From contig PDIP01000110.1 of assembly GCA_002811645.1 (NCBI GenBank), positions 1 through 64,000 of the forward strand: a stretch of DNA of 64,000 nucleotides. The letters are read 5' to 3'. The translations under genes were made by a program, and so were the position numbers. The stretch comes from Corallochytrium limacisporum Hawaii. Its lineage: Eukaryota; Protista; Pluriformea. The notes beneath the pieces were generated by a model, which was given only the letters and a program-made list of their open reading frames with translations, had not been told where the DNA came from and made no database searches. Below, piece by piece: positions 1 through 12,794 of this stretch. Each line of letters opens with the position of its first letter. The first letter of the stretch is position 1.

Positions 1-474
1 TTTGTACGACTACGATGTGTTCAATGTCAAGCCAAAGTCAAAATAGTCCTTTTTTGAGAGTAGCAGGGACTCTTCGTTTGAATCAGCTATTGAAATATTT
101 TTTTATGATTGTTAAAAAGAGCAAAATATAATGAAATAGAATGGAATCAATATAAGTTATTATACAATCAAGATTAAAAAAGATCCTCGGGAGTCAAGTT
201 TTTCGGAGTTTTGACCCTAACATACCATACAGAGGGTGGTAGTTAGCAGGGAAAGAGGTTCTGTATTGTGTCCCGATAGAAAGTTCATGGGTTTTCTGTT
301 GGATTTTTTCTTTGGTTTCTGTGTGCATCCAGAGGGAATGCGCAATGATCTAGGCGGAACGTGGGGGGTTTACTGGGCGTCTGTATACTTTCTGCTTATT
401 CTCATCAACGTCGTCTGTGGATAGAGTGACTGCACCGATGTTCAGTGACAAGAAGAGCCAAGGCAATCCGTTGT

Positions 475-2181
475 TTAGGCGGTGGCGTGCAGAGGCTCGT
501 CAGTGGTTCTGGATCCGGTGTAGCCAATTTCATTGGCCAGGATCTCAGCGCCAAGCTTAGCACCCATGGCCATGCAGGGCGCGTTTGTGTTACCACCAAT
601 AATGGTGGGCATGATGGAGGCATCACAAACGCGAATACCCTCCATTCCCCAGACGCGCAGGTTGGCCGGATCCAGAACGGCGTCCGCGTCCTTGCCCATT
701 CTACAGGTTCCCACGGGGTGGTAAACACTGTCCGCGCCGGCGCTACGAATCCAGTCCTCAATGTGCTTGTCATCGGTGGCATCTGCACCGGGCTTCAATT
801 CCCTCAAAATGGTCTCCGAAATGGGTCCGTTCTTCAAGGTCCGACGAATGTCGCGCATGCCCGCAATCATGGACAGGACATCATCGGGGTGCTGCAGGAA
901 GGCAGGGTCGATGATGGGTGCATCGAAGGTGGAGTTGGACTTCACGCCGACATAGCCCCTGCTCTTCGGGAAGAGCTGGCAGATATGAATGGAGAAACCG
1001 TGCCTCCAGACGATGTTGCGACCGTGGTTCACAATCAGACCCGGGACAAAGTGGTACTGCACGTCACAGGTCTCCAGCGAGGGGTCGGACTTGAAGAAGC
1101 CACCGGCTTCAGCCCCGTTGGAGGACAGACGGCCCGTCTTGCTGCGGTAGTACTCAACACACGCCGACAGGTTAAGGGGCAGCGCGCGAATGTCCTGGTT
1201 GAGGGAGTCCCACTTACCCTTGGTTGCCCACTGCGCGATCGCATCCGGGTGGTCCTGCAGGTTCTGACCCACACCAGGCATGTTGTGCTTGACATCAATG
1301 CCGACCTTTTCGAGCTCTTTGCGGGGTCCAATGCCACTGACCATGAGCAGCTGTGGGGACTGGAAAGCACCCGCAGAGAGAATAACTTCCTTGCAATTGA
1401 GCGTCGTAACCTGGCCGCGACCACTGGCATTCATTGTCTCAAGACCGGTGACCTTGTTGCCATCAATGAGAAGCTTGGTGGCCTGAGTGCTGGTCAGAAC
1501 ATCGAGATTCGGGCGCTTTCCCTTGATCGGATGAATGAAAGCACTGGCGGCGGACCACCGGTTGCCCTCATAGGTCGTGGTCTGGAACCAGCCGTAGCCT
1601 TCCTGTACGGGGCCATTGAAGTCATCGTTGAGCTTGGTGCCCTGTCCCTCAATAGTGTCCAGCCAGGCCTGGGTCAGGCGGTGCTTATGACGCACGTCGG
1701 ACACATAGAGCTCCCCGGAGGTTCCGTGCAAGGCCGAGTCCCTGATGCGCAGGTTGTTCTCGGTTTCCTTGAAGTACGGCAGCAAGGAGTCCCAGCCCCA
1801 GCCTTCGGCGCCGTCCCTCTTCTCCCACTGGTCGTAGTCCCACGGTGTGCCACGGATATAGACCATGGCATTGATGGAGGAGGAGCCACCCAAGGTCTTG
1901 CCACGGGGCTGATAACCGATGCGGTTGTTTAGGCCCTCTTGTGGCACGGTGTCGAAGCGCCAGTTGTACTTGCGAGAGTAAGGCATGAGCCACGCAGCAC
2001 CCAGAGGTGTGTGGATGAATGGGCTAGTGTCGGGCGGGCCGGCCTCCAAGAGTGCGACCTTGGTGTTGGGATCCTTTGACAGCCGGTTGGCCAGGACAGC
2101 ACCAGTGCTGCCTCCGCCCACGATGACATAGTCATAGGTCTTGGAAGCGGCCTGACGCGCCACGCGAGAAATTGCCACCAT
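475..2181 (-). CDS. GMC oxidoreductase (choline/alcohol dehydrogenase-like flavoprotein), copy 1, 568 aa
   Basis: FAD-binding YDYVIVGGGSTG..LEAG, RGKTLGGSSSINAMVYIRG, EVILSAGAFQSPQLLMVSGIG, GVGQNLQDH, active-site YHPVGTCRMG and GGNTNAP (His/Asn pair). Single exon. Confidence 0.95.
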   Translation of the reverse strand: MVAISRVARQAASKTYDYVIVGGGSTGAVLANRLSKDPNTKVALLEAGPPDTSPFIHTPLGAAWLMPYSRKYNWRFDTVPQEGLNNRIGYQPRGKTLGGSSSINAMVYIRGTPWDYDQWEKRDGAEGWGWDSLLPYFKETENNLRIRDSALHGTSGELYVSDVRHKHRLTQAWLDTIEGQGTKLNDDFNGPVQEGYGWFQTTTYEGNRWSAASAFIHPIKGKRPNLDVLTSTQATKLLIDGNKVTGLETMNASGRGQVTTLNCKEVILSAGAFQSPQLLMVSGIGPRKELEKVGIDVKHNMPGVGQNLQDHPDAIAQWATKGKWDSLNQDIRALPLNLSACVEYYRSKTGRLSSNGAEAGGFFKSDPSLETCDVQYHFVPGLIVNHGRNIVWRHGFSIHICQLFPKSRGYVGVKSNSTFDAPIIDPAFLQHPDDVLSMIAGMRDIRRTLKNGPISETILRELKPGADATDDKHIEDWIRSAGADSVYHPVGTCRMGKDADAVLDPANLRVWGMEGIRVCDASIMPTIIGGNTNAPCMAMGAKLGAEILANEIGYTGSRTTDEPLHATA

Positions 2182-5100
2182 GATTTTATTCTTTTTTGAG
2201 TCTGTAGCTTACGCGCCGTTTTGTGTGTATAGAGAGACGTCGGTGAGCGTCTTTATGCAACGACAAAAGAACCGGTAGGAGGATTCAACTTTCCTTTCCT
2301 GTAGGGTTCCCTATAAACTCATCGTGTAACGTTTAACAACGTTGCTACTCACTGAGAACACGGCAGTCTCAGATACCTGGTCCGAACTCTTCCGATCCTG
2401 TCTACGAAATGGAAACAAATATGCAACCACGACACATCAGCAGCATCCTTCGTTTGCCAACGGGGACCGAAGGAAATGCTCCAGCACACGGAGGGATGCA
2501 GGAGCCAGTATCCGCAGCATCGCCCACATTCGGAAGAGAGAGCGAGAGAGAGAGAGAGAGACGGAGAGATAGAAAGATTGCAACTGGGGGGTGGGGGTGC
2601 ATAGTGAGTTCCTCAGTGTACGCATAATCTATATCTGTGCGGTTCTGCACTCTCCGATCTCTCGGTCTGTGTGTATACGTGCGTTATACAAACACCGACG
2701 GTGAGGGGTCTTCCAAAGTCGATACCGCCGGCTGGACCAGAGGGGGTGGCTGTTTGGGGGGGGGGGAAGGAGGTGTAACGCAGCCTAGAAAAATTCCTTC
2801 TTTTCTTTTTTTCTTCATCTTTTGCTTGCCCCCCCTCCCCCCTCCCTCTTTTTTTTCCTTTTTTTGCCCGAGGAGAACCTCCCCCTTTTTTTCTTCTTTG
2901 TTTCTTTTCTCCCGGAGGGGAGGCTAGGGCAGGTGGCGGGTCTTTTTGCGCATTCTGCGCAGTACCACCACCAAAGAGAGACGAACCGAGAGAACGACAG
3001 AGACAGAGACAAGAGAGCGAGAGAGGGAGTGGATGAGAGACGAACCCTCCCTACCGTCCGGGGTTCATACAGCCCACCGGGGGGGTAGGGCGGTAATGCC
3101 TTTGCTAAAGTTCCCTCTCCCCCTTTCTCTTTTCTTTTTGTTTTGTTGAAACCCTTTTTTTTGTGTATTTTTTTTTGCGGTGATGGATGTGTTGCAGTAC
3201 ACAACACCCAGAACGCATACTCCAGGACCCCGTCGATGCGATTTACGGTGGTTGGCCGGGCTTCGACGCCTTTCCCTCCTCCTCCGCCCCTTCTCCCTCT
3301 CTCTCTCTCTCTCTCTGTGTCCCGATTCCATTCTTCGCTCTTTACGACACTGGTCTCTCAGTCCCACACACACACACTCTCTCTCTCTCTCTCTACCCTC
3401 CACGTATTTTATATGAGGTGTACGTGGGCCCCTCAAGTCAGTCACCTACGCACCCGCCCCTTCCTTGCGCTCTCGCCCTGTGGGTTTCTCCGCAACTTTC
3501 TGTCCCTACCCCGCCTTTTCTCCGGTGTCCCTTCCCAACCCTCACCGATCTCCGCAGTCTTTTTTCTTTTGTTTTGATGTGGCAGAGACTCCAATTTAGG
3601 TACAGTACACAAACCAGTCGAGTGCGCAGTGACGTAAGTGCGCTGTTGCGGGTGGGTTGGTGTTGTTGTCGGCCGGGTCTGGGTCTGTGCCATACGAGGG
3701 CGTGCAGGGAGGGAAGAGAGAGAGAGAGTCTCAGAGGCAAATTCCACCTTAAACCCTCCCCCCCCAACACACCGCCCGCACAGCACGAAGAAGAGCGGAG
3801 CGGTTCGGACCCGTTTGGCCCCTGCCGGGAAAAGACCCATCAAAACAAAATTCGATCTCTGGTAAACACACACACGCGCGCGCACACAATTTCTCCTTAA
3901 AGTTTCCATTTAGTCACAATGAAAGACGTAAAATGCGTAATTCTTGGGTTATAATTGATGAAGTGATTCTGAATGATATCCCTTGTTTTGGGGGTGTTAG
4001 TGTATCACAGAGTTTTTGTTTTCTTTTAGTATTTAGAAAATATTCTTTCAAGTTTCCTCTCAGTGAGACTCTCTCTCTCTGTCTCCCTCTCTCTCTGTGT
4101 GTCTCTCTCTCTTGCTTTTCTCTTTGCCTTGGCGACCGCCCAGTATTCCGTACGTACGCGTGCACAGAGGCACAAAACACGCACAGAGAGCCAAAGAAAA
4201 AATTACCACCACCCCCCCCCCTGGGGCCCGCACACCCAAGGAAAAAAGTAACAATTGAAACACTGGAAAAAAGTAAAAGCCCGAAGACCTTGCATAATCA
4301 GTTGCAATGATTCGCTAACGGAGATGGATCTATTTTGCGTACCACCGTGTTTCCGAGTCTTGGGCAGCATACTTCAACATTACTCAATGATAGTGAATAT
4401 TAAATATAAAAGCCAAAGAGAAAAAGGAAAAAAAAAAGAAGAGAGAGAGAGAGAGAGCGAGACGGGAATGGTCATTTGCAGAGTATTCGTTCTGAGTCGA
4501 TAACCAAGCGAGAGATGGAATGATCCCTTTCTGCTGGCAAATGCGTTGTACCTAAGAGCGATTGAAGGAAAGAGCGTGTCCGGACCGCAGATCCCTCGGA
4601 GGGGGTTATTTGTATACTGAAGAAGGGGGTTCTTTTGTGATTCACCCGTGCGCGTTCCGTTCTCTCTCCCAAACAAAAACAAAAATGGTAAAACTCAAAA
4701 CAAAGCACCAACCAACGAAAAGGTAGGCAGATAAGAAAAAAAATCAAAGGGAAAAAAAAAAGGAGAATGCACGCAAAAAGAAAAATCGGGAGAGAAGGGG
4801 GGGAACCGAAACAGCAAGCAATTCTCATAGTTAATCGCTGGAATGGTGGGGCGGGATTCATTTTCTTCTACCGCACTGTCCCCCATTCGTGCGCGACTTT
4901 CATCCGCCCTCACTGCCGCGGCAGCCCTGTATTTCACAGGCGCGGTTTGTTGGACCATTGCACGAAAAAACTCTATCTTTCATCTCCTAAGCGAATCATT
5001 TGCGTTTAAATCCGCAAAATACGCATACCAAAGAAAAACATGGAAAGTCTAATATGAAGAAGTCTTGCGGAACAGCCGCGGGATGGCGGCGGGGTCAACA

Positions 5101-6671
5101 ACAACAGCGAAAATAGAAGACAACAGAATGACCGGTACTTGAGCAAAGCAAATAAACAAAACCAAAAAATTGAAACCTCTAAAAAAACAATTGGAAAAAT
5201 GAATGAAAATACCGAACAGAGCAGAGGAATCGCAGTGAAATGCTCCATTCTTTTAACCCCATTTTCTGTTTTCTATTTTTTTGTCTTTTTTTTTGTTATG
5301 GTCGCTCATCTCCCCGTGTCCACTGCCATCCTCCCCCAACCAACCAACCAACCAATCTCTGCGTGATTTGACTGACTTATCCACCGGAGAGATAGCCAAT
5401 TGTCTACGTGTGAGGGACCCAAAGGGAAAGAGGGGAGGGGGCGGAGGCAGGTGTTCCCTGCGGATGGATGGACGACAAGAGTTAACCGGTGAGGGTTGTG
5501 TATATAGATCCTTATGTGCTCTCGTTGACCGAAATGTATACTGAATCTATGAATACTACAATATAATCATTCATAAATATTGAAAACTTTCTAAAAATAG
5601 TAATTGTTGGTCGGTGTTTGCCCTTTTTTTTGCCACTAGCGCGCCCGGTGGTGTGCGCTCCGCAAGCAGCTGCAATCCTGGGGCACCGTGTACAACCAAC
5701 AAGCCCCTCAGTTTCCAACTGGTGGTCATCGAACGCGATTCTGGCCGGCCATTTGCAAATGGCTTAAGCGCGCATCCAAGACATAGAACCATTCCCAAGT
5801 ACCATCACCAGCTGTGGAGCATTGGCGCACCATGTTTCTCACCATGGCATGCCTCCGGCGGACCCTTTCTGCGACATGGACTCGGATGCGCCCTTCTCCT
5901 TTCTTCCTTGGCTGGTCCAGAGCGGCTTGTGTGTGTGTGGTCGTTCTCTTGGTCTCTCTTGTCCGTACGCCATCTCTCTCATCTCTCTCGCTATAGCTCT
6001 CTCTATGTGACTCGCTCGTGTTGATTCTTCCGCCTCACGTTTTCCTGCATGGACAGTGAAAAAAGGGGCTCGGTGTGGCTGTCGCCACCATGCGGTACCA
6101 CCTTGCGATGAATGCGCAGTAGTGAACCTATTGGAAATGGAATTGACGAATGGACATCTTCTTTTTTGCAATGTATCTCGCCCAAAAGTGCAAAGGAAAA
6201 AAAAAAAGCTAGCTTCTCAGTTTAACTTGGTGGCTGCGGGTCCCTTGGAGGGGGTATCGTTGGCTTAAGCCAGCGCGCTTAGAGCCTGCCCAGTGGGGCG
6301 TTGGATGGGGGAGGGTGTGGGTTTGATAAGCTCGAAAGCCTTCAGTTCATGATGGACAGAGGGGGGGGGGGGGGAGAGAGAGAGACGGGGGTTCCCGTGG
6401 CTTCGTAACGGCACCTCCTCGGGGGTTTCGGTTCTGATGATATACAGATGGCCATGGTGGGTGTACTGCCGAGGGTCCAAGCACTGAGTCTTGTAGTTCT
6501 GGTTGGGCAGGTCGGTACTAGTGGCCTAGAGTACACTCACAGTCCCTTATGGATCACGTTGATGTCTATGGAATGTTTATGTCATGTGTGTGTAAAAAAG
6601 CTATGTTGTCAAAATGGTCGTCGGTTTCTGAACATTAGTATAAAAGAGAATCTCTGACGAATATGCGTTCT

Positions 6672-8378
6672 TTAGGCGGCCATGGCCTGCTCAGAGCTGC
6701 TTTCCTCATCCGAGTGGAAGCCGATCTCGTTCTCGTTGATCATGCTGCCAAGCTTGGCGGCGATGGCAATGGTCGGGGCGTTGGTGTTGCCACCGATCAG
6801 GCTGGGCATGACGGAAGCGTCGCACACCCGCAGACCCTTGAGACCGTAGACGCGCAGATCCTTAGGATCCACCACAGACATGTCATCCTTGCCCATCTTG
6901 CAGGTACCAATCGGGTGGTACACACTGTCGGTATTGTTGCGCACAAATTGCTCAAGCTCAGCATCAGTCTGGGCACCCTTCCCAGGCCTCCTCTCAGTGA
7001 ATCTGGCCTCAGCCATCGGTCCGCAGCTAGCGATCTCGCGCAGGTCCTTCACGGCGTGCACCAGAGCCTTCAAGTCCTCAGGGTTCTGCAGGAAGGCAGG
7101 GTCGATGATGGGCTTGTCAAAGACGGAGTTGGACTTGATCCCGACATATCCACTGCTCTTGGGGTACAGTTGACAAGAGTGGATGCTGAAGCCCTGGGAA
7201 ATAGTGGGAGTCTTACCGTGGTCAGCCAACAGAGTAGGCAGGACGTGATACTGAATGTCGCAAGCCTCCAGAGAGGGATCAGACTTGATGAAACCACCAA
7301 CTTCGGCGCCGTTGGAGGAGAACAAGCCGGTGCGGTTGTGGACGTACTTTGTCAAGCTCCTGATGTGGTAGGGCAGGGCAAAGAGATTGAAGGTCAGAGA
7401 ATCCAACGGGCCCGCTTCCTTGTAGTGCATGATGCAATCGGGGTGGTCCTGCAGGTTCTGGCCCACGCCGGGCAGGTGGTGCTTGACTTCAATACCGGTT
7501 CCCTCCAGTTCCTTGCGACCGCCAATTCCGGAGCACATGAGCAGCTGCGGGGTCTGGAAGGCACCAGCCGCCAGGATAACTTCCTTGGCGTTGATGGTGT
7601 TCACAGGTCCGCGACCACTGCCGCTCATGTACTCAAGTCCCGTCACAGTGTCGCCCTCCATCAAGACCTTGCTGGCTTGGGCATTGGTGATGATCTCCAG
7701 GTTGGGGCGAGCATCCTTAATAGGAGTCAGGAAGGCACGGGCGGCGCTCCAGCGGGCACCGTCGTACTGGGTCACCTGGTACTGGCCATAACCGTACTGG
7801 TCCTCGCCGTTGAAGTCATCGTTGATCTTCCGGCCGGATTCAATGACAGAGTCCATCCAGTCCTGGGACAGGCGGTGGATACCGTCTTTCAGCTCACTGA
7901 CGAAGAGCTCGCCAGAGTTACCGTGCAGGGGGGAGTTCTTGATGCGCTGGTTGTTTTCAGTTTCGATGAAGTACTTGAGCATCTCGTTCCAGCCCCACCC
8001 CTCGGCACCTTCCTTCTGCTCCCAGCGGTCGTAGTCGTGCTGTGTACCACGGATGTAGACCATGGCGTTGATGCTGGAGGAACCTCCAAGGCAACGGCCA
8101 CGGGGCTGGTAGCCAACACGTCCGTTCAGGCCTTCCTGGGGCACAGTCCAGAACTGCCAGTTGTGCTTGCGAGAGAAGGGCACAAGCCAACCCACACCCA
8201 TGGGCATGTGGATCAGGGGGCTCCAGTCAGAGGGACCGGCCTCCAGGAGAGCAACCTTGGTGCTCGGGTTGCGGGACAAACGGTTGGCCAAAGTGGCACC
8301 AGCACTGCCACCGCCGACAATGACGTAGTCGTAGGTCTTGGAAGCGGCCATACGGGCCACGCGACTCATTGAGACCAT
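6672..8378 (-). CDS. GMC oxidoreductase, copy 2 (tandem paralog), 568 aa from the ATG at 8378
   Basis: Same motifs (YDYVIVGGGSAG, LGGSSSINAMVYIRG, YHPIGTCKMG, GGNTNAP). The ATG at 8378 (ACC ATG G) aligns with the copy 1 start (MVSMSRVARMAASK vs MVAISRVARQAASK). The ORF-track extension to 8429 is a CA-rich leader. Confidence 0.95.
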   Translation of the reverse strand: MVSMSRVARMAASKTYDYVIVGGGSAGATLANRLSRNPSTKVALLEAGPSDWSPLIHMPMGVGWLVPFSRKHNWQFWTVPQEGLNGRVGYQPRGRCLGGSSSINAMVYIRGTQHDYDRWEQKEGAEGWGWNEMLKYFIETENNQRIKNSPLHGNSGELFVSELKDGIHRLSQDWMDSVIESGRKINDDFNGEDQYGYGQYQVTQYDGARWSAARAFLTPIKDARPNLEIITNAQASKVLMEGDTVTGLEYMSGSGRGPVNTINAKEVILAAGAFQTPQLLMCSGIGGRKELEGTGIEVKHHLPGVGQNLQDHPDCIMHYKEAGPLDSLTFNLFALPYHIRSLTKYVHNRTGLFSSNGAEVGGFIKSDPSLEACDIQYHVLPTLLADHGKTPTISQGFSIHSCQLYPKSSGYVGIKSNSVFDKPIIDPAFLQNPEDLKALVHAVKDLREIASCGPMAEARFTERRPGKGAQTDAELEQFVRNNTDSVYHPIGTCKMGKDDMSVVDPKDLRVYGLKGLRVCDASVMPSLIGGNTNAPTIAIAAKLGSMINENEIGFHSDEESSSEQAMAA

Positions 8379-11300
8379 GGTTATGTGTTTGTGTTTGTGT
8401 GTGTGTGTTTGTGTGTATGTGTGGAACACTAGAGAAGTGTGGATCCTTCCAGCTGCACACCGTAGTCTTAACTTGAAATACTACAAGTGACGCGTTCAAT
8501 GGCCGTCTATATTGATTACCACAATCAAGTAGTTGTGATTCACAGTGGTGTCCTGCATGCTCAAGTACCTCAGCCAAAGGCACCAACCAAGGTCTCGGCA
8601 ATTCTGACGGGCTTCCGGTCCCGTGGCAAGAGTAAAAGGGCATATGTGTTCGAAATGAAAAAGCAACGTGTGTCCAAAAAAACCTGAAAGATTAGAAAGA
8701 TTGCACGGGGTACACAGCACAACAGCACACACACACAAACAGGCACACACTCACACACGCACGACAGATACTAGATAAGCCGCGGATACATTTTTTCTCG
8801 GTCGGTTGAACGACGACAAAAGGGAAGAAAACCAACTTGCGTTGTCTTACCTACACAGTATGTTGGACCGTGTGTCCATCGGTTAATACACAGTTTTCCT
8901 CGCTGGACTCTAATCAGAAGAGGATCCGCAGGCAGCACTTTTCGCCAGACTCGCACAAAACTGAAAGTGGAAGTTTTACAGTGCACTTCTCACTCTCTGC
9001 ACACACACACACACACACACACGCATCCGCCCACCCCCCCTCCTCCTCCCCCTCCTCCCAGGCGGAAAGAACCCGCCTTTTTGGAGGGGGAGGAGAGTTT
9101 TGTCCGATGGAAGAGGAAGGGCGGGAGGGAAGGGGGGGGGGGGCAACGAACAATTCCAGAAATCTCTCTCTTTCGCGATTTTTTTTTTCCTTCCTTTGTT
9201 TCAAATCTTGCCTCTCCCCCCCCCGGGGGGGGGGGTTGCGCCGGGCCTTGCCGCCAGCTCTCTCCGTTCTCCTTCCCTTCCGGGTCCCCTCGGTATTTTC
9301 ATATGGCACTCCCGGGGCTCAAGAAAAGTGGAAAAAAGAAATTGGGGGGAGGAGAAGGACGAGTGAAGAAGGGGCCTGTTCCGGTCCGGCCCAAACCCCT
9401 TCACTGCGCCCCTCTCCCCCGCGCCTTTCTCTTCGGTTACTTTCCAAAAAGGCAAGTTTTCAGAGCTGTCTTCCGAAGCCGAAAAAAAAAAAAACAGAAA
9501 AGAAAAGCAAAAAGGCAGAGAAAATAGAGAAAGACAAGGAAATACCCCACCGCTCCCATGCAAAAGTAACAAAGCAGGGGATGCGGGAGGAAACAGGGAG
9601 GAGACGACGAACACAAATCACTGAGAGATACGCCAGCCAAACATGGTGGGTGCGTGTGTGTATGTCCCCCTGGTGAACCGGGACCGAAGGACAAGGGTCT
9701 CGAACATGCAAAGGAATCTGCGAAAGTTTGTTTTTCCCAAAGGGCTAGGCTCCATCACCAAACCTTCCTCGCACCCCTTTCTTACACACTCCCCCCGCCT
9801 CCCTGCATCTCCACGGTCAGACACACACTTACGCAGCAGCACCCTTACCCACCCACGCACAAAGTATTCTGTTTTATTTTCAGAACAAAATGTCTGACTA
9901 CAAACAAAATTCGGGTAAGAGTAACAATGAAGGAAAAAGGGAGGGTAAAAGAAAGGGACGGGACATCACACGTTACGTATCTTTCCCTTTTGTTTCTGGG
10001 TTGGTAGTATCACAATTTCGTCCCGATCCTCAAACTCGGGCTGATCCTCGTGGCCGCCTGTCTCGTTCTCGCTAATCTCTGCGTGTCTTTTCTCTTGTAC
10101 TCGCCGATTACGCCTCAGAGGTGAGAGTAGCACGAAGAGAAAAATGGGGAGAGAGAAAAAAAGAGTGTGACTGACCATTGTTTTCCTACGAAAAATTCGT
10201 TTTAGAAAGGAAGGGGGCAAGGATAGTGCAAGCGTTCCCCTTTCCGGCCCTCCCCCGGGGGGGGGGGGTTGGTGGGTTAAGCAAGATCGATTCACAGGGA
10301 GAGATGTGAGGCTTCGCTTTCATTGCTTGCCATATTCGGAAGCTGCCTCTTTTCAGTACTGAATGTACCACGGATGACTCATGGTTGGAAAAAAAGGGGG
10401 GAGGGGGAACAGGAGCAGAGAGAGATAAAAGGGCCCGGAAGAGAAGAGAACGGAGGAGCCAGGAAGAGACGGGGGGTTAAAAATTTACGAAGCGTTGCAG
10501 CAATGATACAGCAGACAACACTCGCTCTGACCTCCCCAACCTCCTCTCTCTCTCACTCTCTCTCTCTCTCTCCTCGCGCGCTGTCGCTTTTTTCGTGAGA
10601 TTTCTATAGTAAGCGTACAGGTTTCTATAGTAAATGTACCTTATTGACGGGGAGATGGAAAACTAACTGTTGGGGATCTGTTCCCTGTACCCCAGTACAC
10701 GACCACTGCCGCACTTCATTGGCCAAAGGAAAAGGTAAAAAAAAATATCTCCGGGGATCACTTTTCCGTCCGAGCCAGTATCGGCCGGCAATGAAAAGAT
10801 GACCAAAAAGAAAATTGACAGAGCGAGGGAAGAAAAGGGAAAAAGAGTGGGGAAAGAAACCCCCCGAGGGGGGAGGGGGAGGGGGGGGGGTTCAAGAAGC
10901 GGAAGGTCTGCCGGTCCGAATGGTAGGGCAACCGAGAGTGTGAGGGAGAACACCCTGACTTTCTTGGATCAGTGTACCGGATTGTCCAACCACATACTAG
11001 AAGAGGAAGTATGGCAACATATGGCTTCGTCTGATCGTGTGCGTGTGTGTGTGTATGTGCGTGTGTGTGTGTTCGTGTTTGTTCTTATAGGCATCAAGAT
11101 GTGACGTAAAGCCAATGGAGACATGAAGCTTTTTGTGAAGATTGCAACCGTCGGACTATCTTCCGCTCTTTACCCCTTCCATGTCCGACTCTGTGCAGTA
11201 GGGATCGGGGTTGTCGCATGGTATCTGCCGAGACCCACCACTGGCCCTTGGAGTTTTCAGGGCGTCCCAACAGGTTCATCCCCCAACTTGGCAAGAGCAC

Positions 11301-12533
11301 CTGGAGTATACAAACTGTGAGCATCTTCAGGACACGACATGGACAACAAAGTGCTTCCGCAGGCTATATGGCTAGTCCCTGTCTCTCTTGTCCATGCCAG
11401 ATGCGCTCTCCCCCCCCCCCCTTCACTCTCTCTTTTCCCGTCGTATTGAGAGCAACCTCCTCTATATATTTGCTATACAATCTTGGTTCCGTCCGGGCCG
11501 TTCACTGATGCTGTCTCGGAAAATCGTCAGCCTGATTCACTCCGATACGGGCAGAGGCGCATCCTATGCCATGTACTATCGGATCTTTATACTAAATGTA
11601 CTACTTTGTGAGCCAACGGATTAGGGAGTGCTCCCGACGGGTTTTACCCACTCCGCCCCTTCCTCCCCCTTCGAAAGGGACTTGCCGGCCCGAAATGCCG
11701 CGGCGATTGGAGAGGGGAAATTTCCGCTGTTGTACCTAATTTTTTTTTTCCTTTTTTTTTTCGTTCTCTTGCTTATTCTTCGAAGGTCATTCAATGACCT
11801 GTCAGCCAATGATGAATAATCTGCCTCGGCTCACAAACTTGCTACATATATATCTCTCTCTGTGTCACACACACACACACACACTCTCTCTCTCTCTCTC
11901 TCTCTCTCGCGCTTCCGGCACTTTTTTGACCAAGGTTTCATCGGCCATTTCACTTTTTGCCCTCTCTCGGCCTTGCTGCTCAGTCGTGCGCGTGTAAACA
12001 AAATTTAGACCGCCAATCAAACGCGTGATGACCCCTTTGGGGGCGGGGACAGGAGCTGCATGCGCCGTTGGCTCGGCATGCCAGTATACATTAAGTACTA
12101 ACATACGCGGCCCATGAATCACCAAGACACACAATCAGAAAGAAATCCAAAGCCTTCTGTTGTTGTTTCATTTAGAAAAATTCTCTCCCTTTGTGCTACC
12201 TCTTCCATCGGAAGCTGGCACTGTTGTGTTCATAAAAGTACACGTCCGCTGCTTTTCTTTTGCGCAAGCATCCGCTTTCTTTTTGCTGCTGCTGCACACA
12301 TGGCTTGGCTCTCTGCGCGTATAAAACCCGCTCGCATGGGCGGCGCGTTTGGCAGGTGGTACCGTAGATAAATAGAAGAGAAACAGAGACACAGACAGAC
12401 AGAGAGAGAGAGAGAGAGAGAGAGGGGAGAAGAGCACCACGGCAGAAAAGGCCAATGAAACGATTCAAAAAGAAAATAAGAAAAAAATAAAAGACCAGAG
12501 CGAGCAGTGAGAGGCGTTTACGAGAGTTGGGGG

Positions 12534-12794
12534 NNNNNNNNNNNNNNNNNNNNNNNNNNNNNNNNNNNNNNNNNNNNNNNNNNNNNNNNNNNNNNNNNNN
12601 NNNNNNNNNNNNNNNNNNNNNNNNNNNNNNNNNNNNNNNNNNNNNNNNNNNNNNNNNNNNNNNNNNNNNNNNNNNNNNNNNNNNNNNNNNNNNNNNNNNN
12701 NNNNNNNNNNNNNNNNNNNNNNNNNNNNNNNNNNNNNNNNNNNNNNNNNNNNNNNNNNNNNNNNNNNNNNNNNNNNNNNNNNNNNNNNNNNNNN
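12534..12794. other. assembly gap (N run)
   Basis: Run of N. Confidence 1.

Noticed and set aside
445-1932. 495-aa plus-strand ORF antisense to GMC copy 1 (and the 569-aa ORF 6663-8372 antisense to copy 2)
   Set aside because: Codon-register mirror of a strongly biased gene, which suppresses antisense stops. No recognisable motifs.
8379-8429. N-terminal extension MFHTYTQTHTHKHKHIT of GMC copy 2
   Set aside because: Starts at a non-ATG codon and translates a CA-rich leader. Paralog alignment supports the ATG at 8378.
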